From the NCBI GenBank assembly GCA_026025795.1, contig JAPEUG010000021.1, positions 1 through 64,000 of the forward strand: a DNA stretch of 64,000 bases, read 5' to 3'. A program made the translations under genes and the position numbers. This document shows positions 38,864 to 52,100 of this stretch, piece after piece (the stretch's first letter is position 1; each line of letters opens with the position of its first letter). Source of the stretch: Thelocarpon superellum. Lineage: Eukaryota. The notes under the pieces were generated by a model. That model was given only the letters and a program-made list of their open reading frames with translations, did not search any database and had not been told where the DNA came from.

Positions 38864-40540
38864 ATGAGCGACCTCGATCGGTAAGGACCAAGATATCCCC
38901 ATGGGGCGTGGCATCAGTCGACTGACGGTCATGGTGCATGAGGGCAATCTCACAGCTTCGCGCGTGTCGACCGATCCCGGAGCCCCAAGTTCGCGAGCTA
39001 TGTTACAAGGCGCGAGAGTTGCTGATTGAGGAAGGCAATGTCGTCGCTGTGGACGCGCCAGTCACCGTCAGCACAGTAGTTGGGTGACGATGGACATGAC
39101 CTGACGGGCGTATAGATCTGCGGCGACATCCATGGACAGTTTCATGACCTGATGGAGCTCTTTCGGGTGGGTGGCGACGTGCCCGAGACGAACTATCTCT
39201 TCATGGGTAAGGAGGCGTGCGGATCGTTGTCGTCCTACGCTGACCTGGACAGGGGACTTTGTCGACCGAGGCTTCTACTCCCTCGAATCCTTCCTCCTTT
39301 TACTGTGCCTCAAAGTTCGATATCCCGACCGCATCACGCTCATCCGAGGCAACCATGAGTCGAGACAGATCACGACAGTGTACGGCTTCTACGACGAATG
39401 CTTACGGAAATATGGGAGTGCAAACGTGTGGCGGTAAGCATGGAGGGGATCGACGTCGCTGAGTCGAGGCTGTGACTGAAGCATCCCAGCTACTGCTGCG
39501 AAGTGTTTGACTATCTTGCGTTGGGGGCGTTGGTCATGGGTGCGGCATCAACTGTCCAGCCGCTCGACCAAACCCCGACGCTCGCCGACCCGTCATCCGC
39601 CAGCGCTTTGCCATCCATGGAGGAAGATATTGAGATTGAGATCCTCAACGCGAGTGGCGATCTGATCACACGCGACATCCGACGCTCACGGAACACCGCA
39701 CACCCGGTCGAGACCATCTCCGCGGACGGAGAGACGGTCAAGGACCCTCCGGTGCGGACGGGGCCACCGGGGACTGGTGCATCAGGGGCCAGTGGCGGGT
39801 CGATGGGCAACAGCGGCGGCGCGGTGTTGTGCGTACATGGCGGGCTGAGTCCACTGGTCGAGACGGTGGATAAGATCCGATTGCTGGATCGCAAACAGGA
39901 AGTGCCGCACGAGGGGGCGATGTGCGATTTACTCTGGAGTGATCCGGACGGTACGCTCCCCGTGCCATCGATACGATTTCTCCCGCTGACATGCGACAGA
40001 AATCGACGGTTGGGGACTCTCGCCGCGCGGGGCTGGCTTTCTCTTCGGCGCGGACATTGTCAAGCACTTCAACCACCGCAACGACCTGTCCCTGATCGCC
40101 CGGGCCCATCAGCTGGTGATGGAAGGGTTCCGGGAGATGTTCGACGCGTCGATTGTCACGGTCTGGTCGGCGCCGAACTACTGCTACCGATGCGGCAACG
40201 TCGCGGCCATCCTGGAGCTCGGCGAAGAGGGGGCAAACGGCGGCGTCGTCCCGAGCAGCAACGGCGACTTGTCGGCGATTGCGAGCGGGCCCGTCACGAC
40301 GGTCAAGGCGGCTGCGGTGGCAGGGGGCCCCGTGCATCCCATGATGCCGAACCTCACCCTCCGACCCCGTCCCGGTCGTCGGTATCGCGTCTTCGAGGCC
40401 GCGCCGCAGGATTCGAGAGGCATGCCAGCGAAGAAACCGGTGGCGGATTACTTTTTGGTGGGTGTCCCTTTCTCGACCATCCTCGCCATCGTCGTCCTCG
40501 TCATGGTGTCGGATGCGGTATTGACGATGTGATGTAGTGA
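38864..40540 (+). CDS. PPH3: Ser/Thr protein phosphatase 4 catalytic subunit (introns 38881-38942, 39067-39115, 39207-39252, 39434-39489, 39951-39999, 40458-40537)
   Basis: MSDLDR, GDIHGQF, GDFVDRG, RGNHE, HGGLSP, SAPNYC and PP4-type C-terminus KKPVADYFL; two low-complexity insertions. Confidence 0.93.
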
Positions 40541-41116
40541 TGATACCCTCACCTCCTCTGACATCATCTCATTCGCGTCCCATTGTGTGGTTGGCGTGGT
40601 TGGTGTAGTGCCATATCCTGTCCTTGTCTTGTCTCATGGGCCTCTGGGCGCCTTGTCTCAGGGGGCTGCATCTCATCTGGCGAGCGTTTCTTTTCCTTTT
40701 CTTCACCCCCCACCCCCTTCACTCCCTGCTATGGATGATTGACCGGACCCGACCGGACCAGACGAGATCATGAATCGTGGTGAATGAAGTTGATGAACGA
40801 ATGGATGAGTGAGTCAAGCAACCAATCAATCAACGGACCTTTAGACACGGATATATGCAGTTGTAAATTTGTACTTGTAAGAATACGCAGGACTCCGATC
40901 CTGATAACACCTGCGATCATGATGATAGCCAAGCCTAGCTGGACAGAAGACGAGGATGGAGTATGAGTCAAAATGGACTGGGAGTGAATGGCCATCTACG
41001 TTCTCGATTCCTCTTTTCCTCTTCGTTCTCTCTCCTTTCACGTCTCCTCCTTGCCTTGTTATTCTTCTCATCATCCCCCCTCTCTCTCCTCGTCTGATGA
41101 GTGGAGGGCCCAGCCC

Positions 41117-42097
41117 TCACGAATCGGCCGCAACCAACTCCGCTCCATGACCATCCATTGATTCCGACTTCCTTGACTCAGGCACAGGCCCGGGCCCAGG
41201 CACAGATCCAGATCCACATCCAGACATGGACGCAGGTAGAGACACCCCACCCCCTCCTCCGCCTTCGACGTCGACTCCCTCATCCTCATCCACCGCCGCC
41301 GCCGCCGCCGCCGCCGCCTCCTCTTCGGCCTTGGCCTGCGCCTGAACGGCCGCCTCCATCTTCAAGCGTTTCATCTCCTTCGTGGCCAGGGCGAATATCT
41401 CGCCCATCTTGTCCCGAATGCTCAGGATCTCGGGGGCGCAGTCGCCGTCGCGCAGAAACTGGTGCGCCGCGCGCTCGCACTGGGCCTGGGAGAAGTCCAG
41501 CCCGGCGTCGATGTGATCGTACACCGTCTTCTCTTCGCCGCCGCGCGAGCGGGTGGTTCGTGCGTAGCTGAGCTTGGAGCGCAGGTCCGAGGTTGGGTCC
41601 GTGCCGGACCCATGATCCTCCACCATCGCCGTCATCTTTTGCATCGCCGCGGCCATCTTGCCCTTGCGGATGTTGTTGCGTGCCGTGCCGATGTTGCGCA
41701 CAATCATCTCAAAGGCTTCCTGCACCGCCGAGTCGTAGTACACGATGATCATCGATCGCGTGCGGTAGGACGGGCTCCCGCTGGCCGACGCCAGCGAGGC
41801 CGTCTTGCGTTTCCGTCGCAGCTGTTGTGCCTGATGTTGCCTCGCGGCGCCTGCTGACGCCGCGGATGGCTCCATCGCCGTGTTGTGGTGGTTCTGGCTC
41901 TGCCCCCCCATCCGCTCGTCGCTGTCTTTGGGCCGCAGTGACTCGGTCGAGCCATGTTTGGGCTTGAGCGGTCGTGCGGCCGATAACTCCGCCAGCTCGG
42001 CCTGCCGAGAGGCGATCTGCCCCGTCAGGTCGTCCAGCCGCGCGATCCACGCCGGGCAATTTTCCGTGATGAAGCTGAGGCTGGCCTGCGAATCCAT
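41117..42097 (-). CDS. Conserved hypothetical fungal protein
   Basis: 326-aa ORF with strong codon bias; motifs YRTRSMIIVYYDSAVQEAFE and CERAAHQFLRDGDC; poly-Ala from a (GCC)n run. Confidence 0.8.
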   Translation of the reverse strand: MDSQASLSFITENCPAWIARLDDLTGQIASRQAELAELSAARPLKPKHGSTESLRPKDSDERMGGQSQNHHNTAMEPSAASAGAARQHQAQQLRRKRKTASLASASGSPSYRTRSMIIVYYDSAVQEAFEMIVRNIGTARNNIRKGKMAAAMQKMTAMVEDHGSGTDPTSDLRSKLSYARTTRSRGGEEKTVYDHIDAGLDFSQAQCERAAHQFLRDGDCAPEILSIRDKMGEIFALATKEMKRLKMEAAVQAQAKAEEEAAAAAAAAVDEDEGVDVEGGGGGGVSLPASMSGCGSGSVPGPGPVPESRKSESMDGHGAELVAADS

Positions 42098-44003
42098 CGT
42101 CGCTCTCTTCCGTCTGATATCTTCCAGGAGATATGCGCTGCTGTCGTCTGGAGGCGGGCGTTCGCGTCGTCAGGTCATCTTTATCTGTCTCGCTCTACAT
42201 GTCATGCGGCGTGGGGCGGGCTCGATTGGGAATCCGACTTGCGGAAGGGTCGTCCAAAGTGGTCGGGCTCGTCCAACTCTCCGCGCGTTCGGGCACTCGT
42301 TCGGGCACTTGGCCACTCGGTCGAGGCTCGCTCGCCGTCCCGGCCACGAGGATTCAGACGCAAGCGACCGGATCGGGATGGATGACGGGCGGACAGCCTG
42401 GCTCGTTCACGACATCATCTCCGTCAGACACGAGCGTCGGGACGTCGGAGCATGGGAACCAAGGGAGTGGAGCAAAGAGGACGGGGGCAACCGGGTCGAA
42501 GCGGGGGGCCGCAGCGCAGCGCGATCACAATCACTATCACCAATACACAGTCACGGTCACAGTCACGGCAGAATCGAGGCTGCCCACGCCGCAGGGTCGG
42601 TGGTCGGTGGTGGTGCGACCCGTACCAACGGGGTGGTGGGCGCGGAAGACACACAAGTCACAGAGGTCGCAGAAGTCGCAAGAGACGCGGCCTTGGCCTC
42701 ATGCGCGTGCTGCATCCTCGTGCGTCAACGTGGGCGAAGGGTGCGCTGACAGGCGCCCCGGTGCAGAGGGCTTCTTCTTCTGCTGCTGGCTTCCGCGCCT
42801 TCTGTTGCTGGTGCTCCACCCGGCCCGCGTCGCCCGCCTATTGCAAGCAGACAAGGGCTGATGGACCATGCAGGACGGAAGGCGGAACCACTGCGTCGGG
42901 TGTGTGAAGACGAGGACACGCGCCGAGGAGCAGTGGGGTGAGTGCACTTCCGTGTGTGTGACAGACGAGCGGACCGAGCGGACAGCAAGCTTGCGTCCTG
43001 CCTCCTGCGACCTGCAACCTGCTAACCACGGCCGACGGCCGACAGCCGACGAATGACGAGTGACGAGCGACTGAGCGACTGAGCGACCAGCGATAGAATG
43101 ACGAGGGTCAAGGAACTGGCGACAAGTGACTTGACCTGAACCGCGCTTTAGTACCGTTGCACCATGTACTCGGACGTTTCCGAGTACGAGCACCCCAAAC
43201 CCTGGCCGAGCCTTTCCTCTTTCCCGAAGGACTACTATGTTACGACTCACGTAGAAGAACAAAGTACGATGAACTCCGTTTCACACAGCTGCCGTGGGTG
43301 CGAGTATGTTACGATGCACTCGTATTGGTATAGGTACGAACTCTCCCAAGCTTCCCCCCGCGGATAGGCAGATCCACCACGCAAGCGGTCCATGGCCCCG
43401 CTTGCGGACCGGCCGTGGGCGCTTGCCGGGGGAGGGGGAACACGGACCGACCCTGGTTAACCTTCCGCCGTCCAGCCATCGTAACCGCCGATGGAGCAAG
43501 CAGCTACGCCGCTCCAACAGCCGTTGGTGCCACCCGCATGCGTGGTGTCGGCCGTGAAGCCTTTCGCCTTTCTCTCATTGGAAGAGGGGTGGACGGAGGG
43601 TAAGTCGGCAAGGCGCGCGACGAATCGTCTTCGAGCGGCCGTGGCGACGATTGCAGCCCGACGGGCAGAGCGTGTGTCGAGGCGGAAGATGGTAGCGACT
43701 TGCCACTACTGACTTACGACTAGTCATGCTTCACCCACTTCGCTGCAGGTGAGCGAATCCGTCGAACTTCGCCTGAGCTCATTGGACATGACGGGCGAAG
43801 GCGAATGCACAGATTCGCCCGAGACAACCCAATGGTCCTCGATGCTATCCGGCCCAATGCCAATGGCCCTAGCCACTACCATATCATCTCTCGGTCGTGG
43901 ATGCAACGCAAAGTAGATCCGGCTACCGCTACTGCACCCGTTCAGTGCGACTCATCCTGGTCCGTGACGACAAGGGTCTTCCGGCCCCGGAGGAGGTCTG
44001 CAG

Positions 44004-44932
44004 CTACGGCCAGAGTTCCTCCTTGCTCCACTCGCCCACGGCCTCTCCCGCCCGGGCAGCGCCGGGTGGTCCGACGTAGGTAAAGCGCCATCGCCGGGCG
44101 CGGTCGGGCTCGCTTAGGTCGATCTGGTCGACCACGTCGGGCCGGATGATGACCACGCGGAAGTGCTCTCGCGCCACTGCATCGTCCAGATCCATCACTT
44201 TCTGTCCTAACGACAGCTCGGGCTGCGGCGGTGGAACGCCGATGGGGGTGCCAGGCGGCGGGTTTCGAAAGGACCCTGGGCCATGTAAGTGCCGGCCAAT
44301 AACACCCGCCGCTGCTTCGCACGGCGCCTACCTCTCATGCCGGGATTCAGATTGCCAAAATGGGCCGTAAGTTCTCGCGCCCAGCTCCACTCCGACTCTC
44401 CCCCCTCCCTGGTCGGCTTCATTCGCTTCCCAATCTCGCTCTTGGTCGTGCGCACGCCGCTGCTCTCCTCGCCCGCACCCTCGATGTCCGGTGCGACGAC
44501 AAAGGCCTCGCCGCGCATCCGCCATTGGGTCATGACCTCCTTGACCCACCACACGGCCTCGACCGGGCCGCCGCCGCCCGACCCTTGCGACTGCGCCGGC
44601 GACCCATGGCCCGCGGACGAGGCAAAGATCTCGGGGATCTTCTCCATGCGCACGTCCGTGGCGAAGGTCGGGAGGTCGGACTCGTAGACCCGCTCGTTCA
44701 GGGGCGCCTGGTTGTGCTTATTCTCCGGCAACTCCGCCCACATGCCACGGTAGATCAGGTAGCGCACTCGTGGCACGTAGGGCACGGGTGCCGCCGCGTC
44801 TGGCGAGGCGTGGAGGGACGACATGACGAATTCGGGCGACGCCAGCTTGGCGACATGACTGAGGAATAGGGGCTTCCAGGGTGCTGTTGTCTCCGTCGAC
44901 GACATGGCCGTCGCTGTCATGCTGGACGACAT
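44004..44932 (-). CDS. Pyridoxamine 5'-phosphate oxidase-like FMN-binding split-barrel protein (intron 44276-44331)
   Basis: APWKPLF, PRVRYLIYRG, TDVRMEK, GGGPVEAVWW...QWRMRG, MR|GSFRNPPPG, AREHFRVVIIRPDVVDQIDL, EELWP*. Confidence 0.85.
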
Positions 44933-46426
44933 GGTCCGGACGAGGCGCGACAGCCGGACAGACGGCGATGAAGCTATGATGACGACGTCTGGGACAGAAC
45001 AGAGAAGGTCAGGGGGCGATGAGATGAAAAAGTGGAGGCTAGATATCATACATCAATGCAATTGAAAAGACCATCTGTTGCCAGTCACTATGTCCGCTCA
45101 CACAGTCATGTCATCATGTGCGTAATACGAGTGTCTTGCTTCCAGAACATCAATTGATGACGTGCCTCTCGTCGTGGAATGGAGCTAGAGCGATAAGTCA
45201 TTGAGGCCGTTACGGTGGCCCATAGAAGCCCCACACCGCAGTCTGTCGTAGCGGATCTACGAGACCGGAGTTTCGCCCACCGCAATTCTCTCCGGCGAAG
45301 ACACTGTGGGTGCACGTCGTTGTGAGCCGTCCATCCACCTCGTAGTAATCCCTCCCTTCGAAGGTCTTCTTAGCAGGACGCGGGCATCAAGGTAGTACCA
45401 GCGTAGATGAGCCACTGCAGGATGTCAGAGCCCGTGGTATCAAGCGGCAGCCATCTTCTGAACTTGCAACCGTGATGGTTGGTTGTCGCAGTGGAAGTGG
45501 AGAGCAGAGGCGGTCCAATGCTTGCATCCATCCTTGGCACTCTCAGGCCGGATAGGAAAGCTTCATGACGCAATCGTCGCGGAATATTAATCGAATACTT
45601 GTACCACCCCCGAGGTTTGGAGGGTTGGCGTCGAAAGGGAGGTAAATGGCCCTGAAGGTATTCTCAAGAGGCAAGCCAAGAGCAACTGCGACAGGTACAC
45701 TACTGTCTCGTTCTTCGCACGACGTGGTGCCTAATCGGCGCCCTGTGCTTTTGAAGACACCAATGTCCATGCAACAGGAGTGACTTCAGTCTACCAGAGA
45801 TGTCTCTGCTCGTATACCAGAGAAGACTCCCGTCTCTAACAGACGTCGATGGTCATGTAACAGGGCAGACTCCAGCCTACTGAAGATGGCGATGCTTTCC
45901 GAACGGGGAGGATCCCCGTCGACTAAGGATATCCGTACTCGATCAACAGGGAACCCTCCGCTCTACCTACTCGGTGAATAGGGAGCCCCCTCTTGAAGGT
46001 GGACGGTATGGGGCCCGGCGGCGATATTCACCTTCACCCCAAACCTGACTGCGAAAGGCGCCCCCGTGGCAGTTAGCTGCCCTCTACGCCCTGGTCTCGC
46101 TCTATGGATAGAATTAGTACACTTTACATGTCGAAATCTGCGCAGAAATCTGCGAACAAAAATCAATGGGTATTGTTGCCTCGTCTACCTAGCAATGGCG
46201 GCCCCAACTTCTCCACGAAAAGTTCCTCCGCCCCGACCGACACGGTGACTACTACAACGTGACTTCGCAGAGATCAAGCGCACGGCCGGACCCAGCCATC
46301 TCCTCATCGACGCCCCTGCGGAGGCTTCCTGAGGTTCCCCAGGGCATCATCACGTAGTATGCCGCAGACGGTCGTGACGAGACAGCGGCGCTCGCCCGCC
46401 ATCTCCCAGGAGAAAAACGCACACTG

Positions 46427-49116
46427 TTAGTAGTACGTCTTCTCCTGGTAAATGGGCGGGTTCACGTCGTTGTTCGTCACGACCGTGTTTTTCTCATCCA
46501 GGGTGGCCCCCTCATCGGTGATGGGGATCACCTTGGACGAGTGCGCCACCTCCTGCGCGCTGATGCCCATGGGGTCCTTCGGGATCCACAGCAACGGCGT
46601 CGACGATGCAATGGCCGGGTCGTAGTACGCCGCCCGCGCGACCTCGGCCGTGTACTTGACCTCAGCAAAGTCACGAGGGACCTCCTTGCGGAGGGCATCG
46701 TAGTCACAATGCTGGTCGGGCCGGAGGAACTTCGTGAAGAAGTTGGGCGCCGGCTTCCCCGGAGCCTCGGGGAGAGCCTCCCGGCCCCCCACCACCCCCT
46801 CCACTCCCTCCTTCTCCCCCTCCCTCGCCGCCTCCGCCGCCCGGCCCTCCGCCGCGAGCCGGGCGGCCTCCTCGGCCGCCAACGACTTGGGGAGGTAGAC
46901 GAGCATGGGGCCCACGGCCGCGCTCAAGGAGATGTGGTAGAGGACGGTGAAGATGAGGAACACAATCTCCAGCACGAGGGGCCCCGCCGCCTTGGCGCAG
47001 GCGAAGAGGCCGATCAGGCAGACCTCGCCGAGGTACACGCCCGTCATGAGTTGCATGAGGGCCGTGGGGTACACCTGGCCCTTCGTGTCGATGTTGGCGT
47101 CGAACACGAAGAGAAGGTTGTACCGGAAGGCGAGGTAGATGAGGTAGAAGCCGATGGCGGCGAAGCCCAGGATCAAGGGCGAGATGATGGCGTAGATGAT
47201 GCCTGCCAGCACGCGTCAGTGATGGTGCAAGTCAAGGAGAATGTGAGGCAGGGGGGACCTACCGATGACCAGCAACAGGGTGAAGGGGGGGAAGATGGTG
47301 CCCCAGCCGAGGCCAGAGAGGGAGGCCCAACGCTTGTACACCTTGCGCGGGGTGTTGTCGAGCAAGCGGCCCAAGATCTTGCTCAGGATCAAGCCGACGA
47401 TCTGCAGCACCGCGCCAGAGCTGATGCTGAGGCCTTGCAGGATAAAGTACGAGATGTACAGGTTGGACGCCTTGGGGAGGTTGGTCGCCAGGATCGTCGT
47501 GGCCGAGCCCGGGTCGGCGGCGATCTGCGCGCCTACGGCCGAGGCGGCCGAGGCGAGGGTGGCGACCAAGAAGACTTGCACCACCTGGAAGACGAAGTAG
47601 CTGTTCTGCAGGCTCAATTCCACGGCCGAGAGCGACGGGGCGCCACCTAAGCGGGCCGCCAGTCGCAGGATGATGGGCAGAAGCGCCATGAGGACGGCGA
47701 GGGCGACGACGGGGAGCAGGTTGGTCACCACGCCCAGGATGACGGGCGGAATGTCGTTGATGAACTTGAGAAAGGAAACCTTCTCCACGAGAAAGTTGAT
47801 GTTCGAGATGGCGCCGACCACGGCGACGGGAATGGCCCAGAAGATGATGAGGGCGGAGATGAAGCTGACGCTGCCGATCTGGCGGAGCACACGCTCCCAC
47901 CACTGGATCCGCAAATTCGACCAGATCACCTCGGCCGGGTTGACGCCGATGAAGCGGGGGGACATGTGGAGGGGCTGGTGGTGGGTCAGAGACTGGAACG
48001 CGGCCTGGGCCTCACTCTGCGTCGTGAACTCCACGAAGACGGAGGGAAGCAGCTTGCCCTGGCCGGCGCGATGCACTGCTTGCAGCTTCTCGACCTCCGG
48101 AATCAGTCGCTCGAGCTCGGCGCGGCACCAGTTGATGGTGTCGACCTTCTTGCCGACGAGGAACTTGGTGCGGTGCGTCGGCCGGTCCTTCTCCGTGAGA
48201 TAGCGGGCGGCGATGGCACCGGAATCGCCCTCGGCCTCGACATCGGTGTTGGTGGTTGGGGCGGCTTCGGCTCCGCCCTTCTTGATCTGCTTCAGCCGGG
48301 CCGCGTTGGCGGTCCTGATGAGCTTGGTCTCGGCGCCCTCGAGCATGAAGGCCGCTTTGTCGCGGTCTTTGACGAGCTGGTCGAGCTCCTTGGTGTCGCT
48401 GCAGATCCAGATGTTTTGCACGCTCGTGCCAAGCATGCGGCGCAGCGTGCTCTCGGTCAACACAGCGTTCGGCACCGAGGTGAAGAGCACGGTGCGGGAG
48501 GAGATCCGATCGGCGTAGAGCGGGGAGAGCAGGTAGGCCTGGCGCAGGTTGATGAAGTACAACAGCTCGCGCGTGATGAGAAACAGGATGAAGCCGAAGA
48601 AGATCCAGCTGATGAAGACGTGGGCGTAGTAGCGGTTCGTGTTCACGACGTTGGAGAAGCTCAGCACATCCAGCTGCTGCACGCTGGCGGGCGCGGCGCC
48701 GCCGGTGGCATTGACGGGGAACAGAACGGGCCAGGTGATGAGGCAGCCGACCAGACTCAAGACGGCGGCGAGCTTGAGGAAACGCAGGAGGAGGTAGCCA
48801 TCCAACGATTGGTGATTGAGCACCCAGGTGTCAGGAATCGCCATGAAGGGGGTCCACCAGTTGAAGAGACCTTTGGGCAGTTCCGGCGTCCGCTCCCTAA
48901 ACGCGTCAATCTCTGCTTTGACGACCGATGGGCGCGAGCACGGAGGGGTACTTACTGCTCCCGAAGGCTACCCAGATAGGTTCGGGGGGCATACTGGCGG
49001 CGCTCGCTGCGACGCAGGACCAGGAACAGCAGCAGGAAGACGATGGCAAGGATGCCTGTTGGCACGATGACGGAGATGATGCCCGACAGGGAGCTGGACT
49101 GAGTGACGGGAGCCAT
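46427..49116 (-). CDS. CSC1/OSCA/TMEM63 (RSN1/PHM7, DUF221) calcium-permeable channel family protein (introns 48897-48955, 47203-47262)
   Basis: YAPRTYLG, SLDGYLLLRFL, LFPVNATGG, SRTVLFTSVP, FVEFTTQSEAQ, VIWSNL, LPKASNLYISY, YAIISPLILGF, YDPAI..PLLWIPKD. Confidence 0.93.
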
Positions 49117-52100
49117 GATTGGCGGTGCAGCCTGAGGGAGGACGGAGGGAGGATGGCGATGGGGCAGGTCGAGGCACGATTGATGGGTGGGCTGTCCTAA
49201 TATATCCCTCCTGCACGGACAAGTATGTTGCTTTGGTTGGGGCGGGCGGTACTCGTCGTCGTCTGGCGGGACGCAGGGCCCTAGTTGGCGTCGGTAAATA
49301 TTGGCGCGGGCGCACCATCCGAGTCTTTGGCCACTGGTGCTACGAGGCGCGCCTGGCTGCTACCCAGGCTAGGTACCGTTCAACTATGGAGTGGCGACAG
49401 GTCTACGCACGCCCACCTCTTCTCTTGCCTGGCAGACACCCTTTGCACCTACAGAGGCCCACTGGTACTCAAGACGTGCATGTGGATGGAAGAGCGAATG
49501 CTCCAGAGTGCCGTTTCGGTGAACAGGAAGAGCCCCATTCGCTATGCTTCTCATGTGCTGACGATGAGAGTGGCTAGTCCGGGATCGCAGTGGCATGCGC
49601 CGATCGCAAGGATATACACTAACATAGATGCTCCCCAGATGCTGGTGAAGATGGGCGCGTGCGAAGATTCGTGCAAGTATGGCGACCACTGAGGCCGTCT
49701 GTGCCAGAATACAAACCTCTGCATCGTCGCGTCTGGTTTCGGGAATCTAGACCCACGCTTGTGGTTCGTCTGCAAGCGGAAACACACTAACGCTCATCTC
49801 CCCCGATTACGCGACGTCCCTCGTTCCCTCCCTCCTTCTCCCAGTCGGCAGCGTCGTTGTCTGGTGCCTTTGCCTGCAACGCCGGATCGACGTCACTCCG
49901 TCGGACTCTCTGCACGCGACCACCACCAAAGGCGACTACGACGTGCGCCTCGTGAATACTCGTAGTGGTACGGGCACCGTACGCTGATCGACCAACCGCC
50001 ATGCCCCACTGGACGTTTGCGGCTGGAATGACGCGGCATAGATCGCGTCCGCGGACATAGGTGGCGCGCATCGCAGCGTTGACAGCAATAATACCACCCT
50101 TCGGGCGTACAAGCTTGAGCAGGGGTAGGCGCAATTGACTTTCGCCTCGACGACCCATCCGCTGCCTGCGGGCCACACGGGAGGAGCGAGGCCGACGCAG
50201 GCTACGGCGTCCGTGCTGGCAGCCGTAGCCCTGCCTCCCGAACTAGCGAACAACTCTCCTCTGCCGAGCTGTCGAGCCACACGCATTCGGACCAGACCAT
50301 CACTACCCGTACGAGTGGCAGAGTACTACGGTAAGTACGAATCTTCTACTAGAGTAGACGAAGATGCGACCAATCTATTGACAGGCCACCGCCACAGAGG
50401 CGAAGGTGCAGACCCGCCCAGTGTCTGGCCCGCCCGTCGTCCAATCAGCCGCGTGCCGTTCCTTTCCAGCTGAGCTGTCACGCTGCCATCGAGCTGATTC
50501 CGAGGACATATTCCGTCGAAGGCGCACGTCTTGGCGCAGGCCCAAATGATGGTAGTGCGGTGCGTCTCCCGCTGGACCTCCACACTACTGCCGCTCAAAG
50601 GCTGGCGTACCTCTTCGAGCAATTTGGTGGCCTCAACTGAGGAGCCATTCGCATTAATCCTCGTGGCTCACATAGCACACCGCCAGTGGCGACAGGATTA
50701 TCGAGGACGAGATAGGCACTCACCTCTTCTAAGCTACCATCTTCCTGTGGCATCGTCGCCCACTCCGTGGTAGCCACGCTAGAGCCGCTCAGCTGAGCAC
50801 TTACAGTAGGCATGCTCTGGCCAGACGTGCGACGGCGGTGGCAACCCTCCGCGCCGGGCCGTGGCTTTGTTGTGTTGGTATAGAGACATAGGGAGTACTT
50901 GGTCTGTCTGCTCGACGACGAAGTTACGGCCTTGGATTTGCCACGACGGCCGCGCATCGTCACGCGGCTCGCTGTGAGCTGTCGAGGAGGCTGGGCTGCG
51001 GCCACTTCGCATCAAGACACCCGACGTACTCCCCACGACTTTACCGCAAGGGCGCCTACCCGTGCCTGCTGCCAGACCGCCCTCCACGCGCTGGTTAGCG
51101 TCAGGGACTGGGGCTCACGATTGGCCTGGTGGACGGATTGCGAACGCCGGCCACATCTATTGCGATCGATCCCGATCGGTGTCCCGATCGACCGCCCGTG
51201 CTCGTGAATCAATAGCGCAATCTTGGCTCCATCCTTCCGCATCACTCGTCCGGGCTTGACGTGGACCCTTCGCGCCCTCTGCACCTGTGCGCCATCCGGC
51301 GGTTTTTCGCTTCGGCGACCGGGGATGTTTCGGTCCCTTGCTGGATCTCGGACCACGGATAAGACACTCGTCTACGCTTGGTGCGCCTGCATGCCATCGT
51401 TGCGTTTCAAGTTGTTCGCCTGACCCGGACGTGCCAGCGTCAGGTCCAGGGCTCGCCCGAGAAGTCGTAGCCATTCCAACCCCTCAAGGCATCGCCTGCA
51501 AACGTTACCATGGAGATGAAGTCGAGGCTGTGTGACCCGCGACGCAGCCCTTCCGCGCTATCGCGTCTCAACGAGAAGCCGCCTAGCTCGTAGGCTTGGA
51601 GACGCAACGGCGCCGCAACTGACGCTGCACATCCTCGCCCGGTAAGGGCCACGTGCAACACGATGCCTCGGCTGCCTGTGCGGACCGGGTCCAGCTACGA
51701 GGAAGAGGCGCATTGGCTGCACGTGAACTCGTCGAAGCGTTCGTGGGCCTGCACGGCTGAAAAGCTGTGCCTAAGGAAGCCGCGTCGACGCCACCACGGC
51801 CAGCGGTCTAGCCTGGGCCGCAGGCGAACAGAGGTACGAAGTGCCTCGCCAGAAGCGCAGGGACCGTGGCCATCGCACCTCAGCCAGCATCAGAGCTCCA
51901 CCTGGTCGATGTGTTCGAGTGGCCGATGTCGCCGTGACATGAGGGTTGACCGTTTCCATAGGGCGGAGCTTCTGCCCCCGCCCGAAGCTGTCGCTGGTCG
52001 GGGCATCGAGGATCTCACAACGATCAACCGGATCGTTTGTCCGCGGTTGCCATCCGTTCTTGTTTGTATTTCGGCTCCTCCTGTTCGTGATCCATTCCAG

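Noticed and set aside
39074..39090. 5S rRNA-like fragment AGTAGTTGGGTG
   Set aside because: Short match inside a 49-nt PPH3 intron; the rest of 5S is absent.
41880..43262. Several 150-290 aa ORFs upstream of the 41117..42097 gene
   Set aside because: Arg/Gly/Ser-rich low-information translations typical of GC-rich leader or promoter DNA.
46541..48979. Long plus-strand ORFs opposite the CSC1-like gene
   Set aside because: Same antisense-shadow effect.
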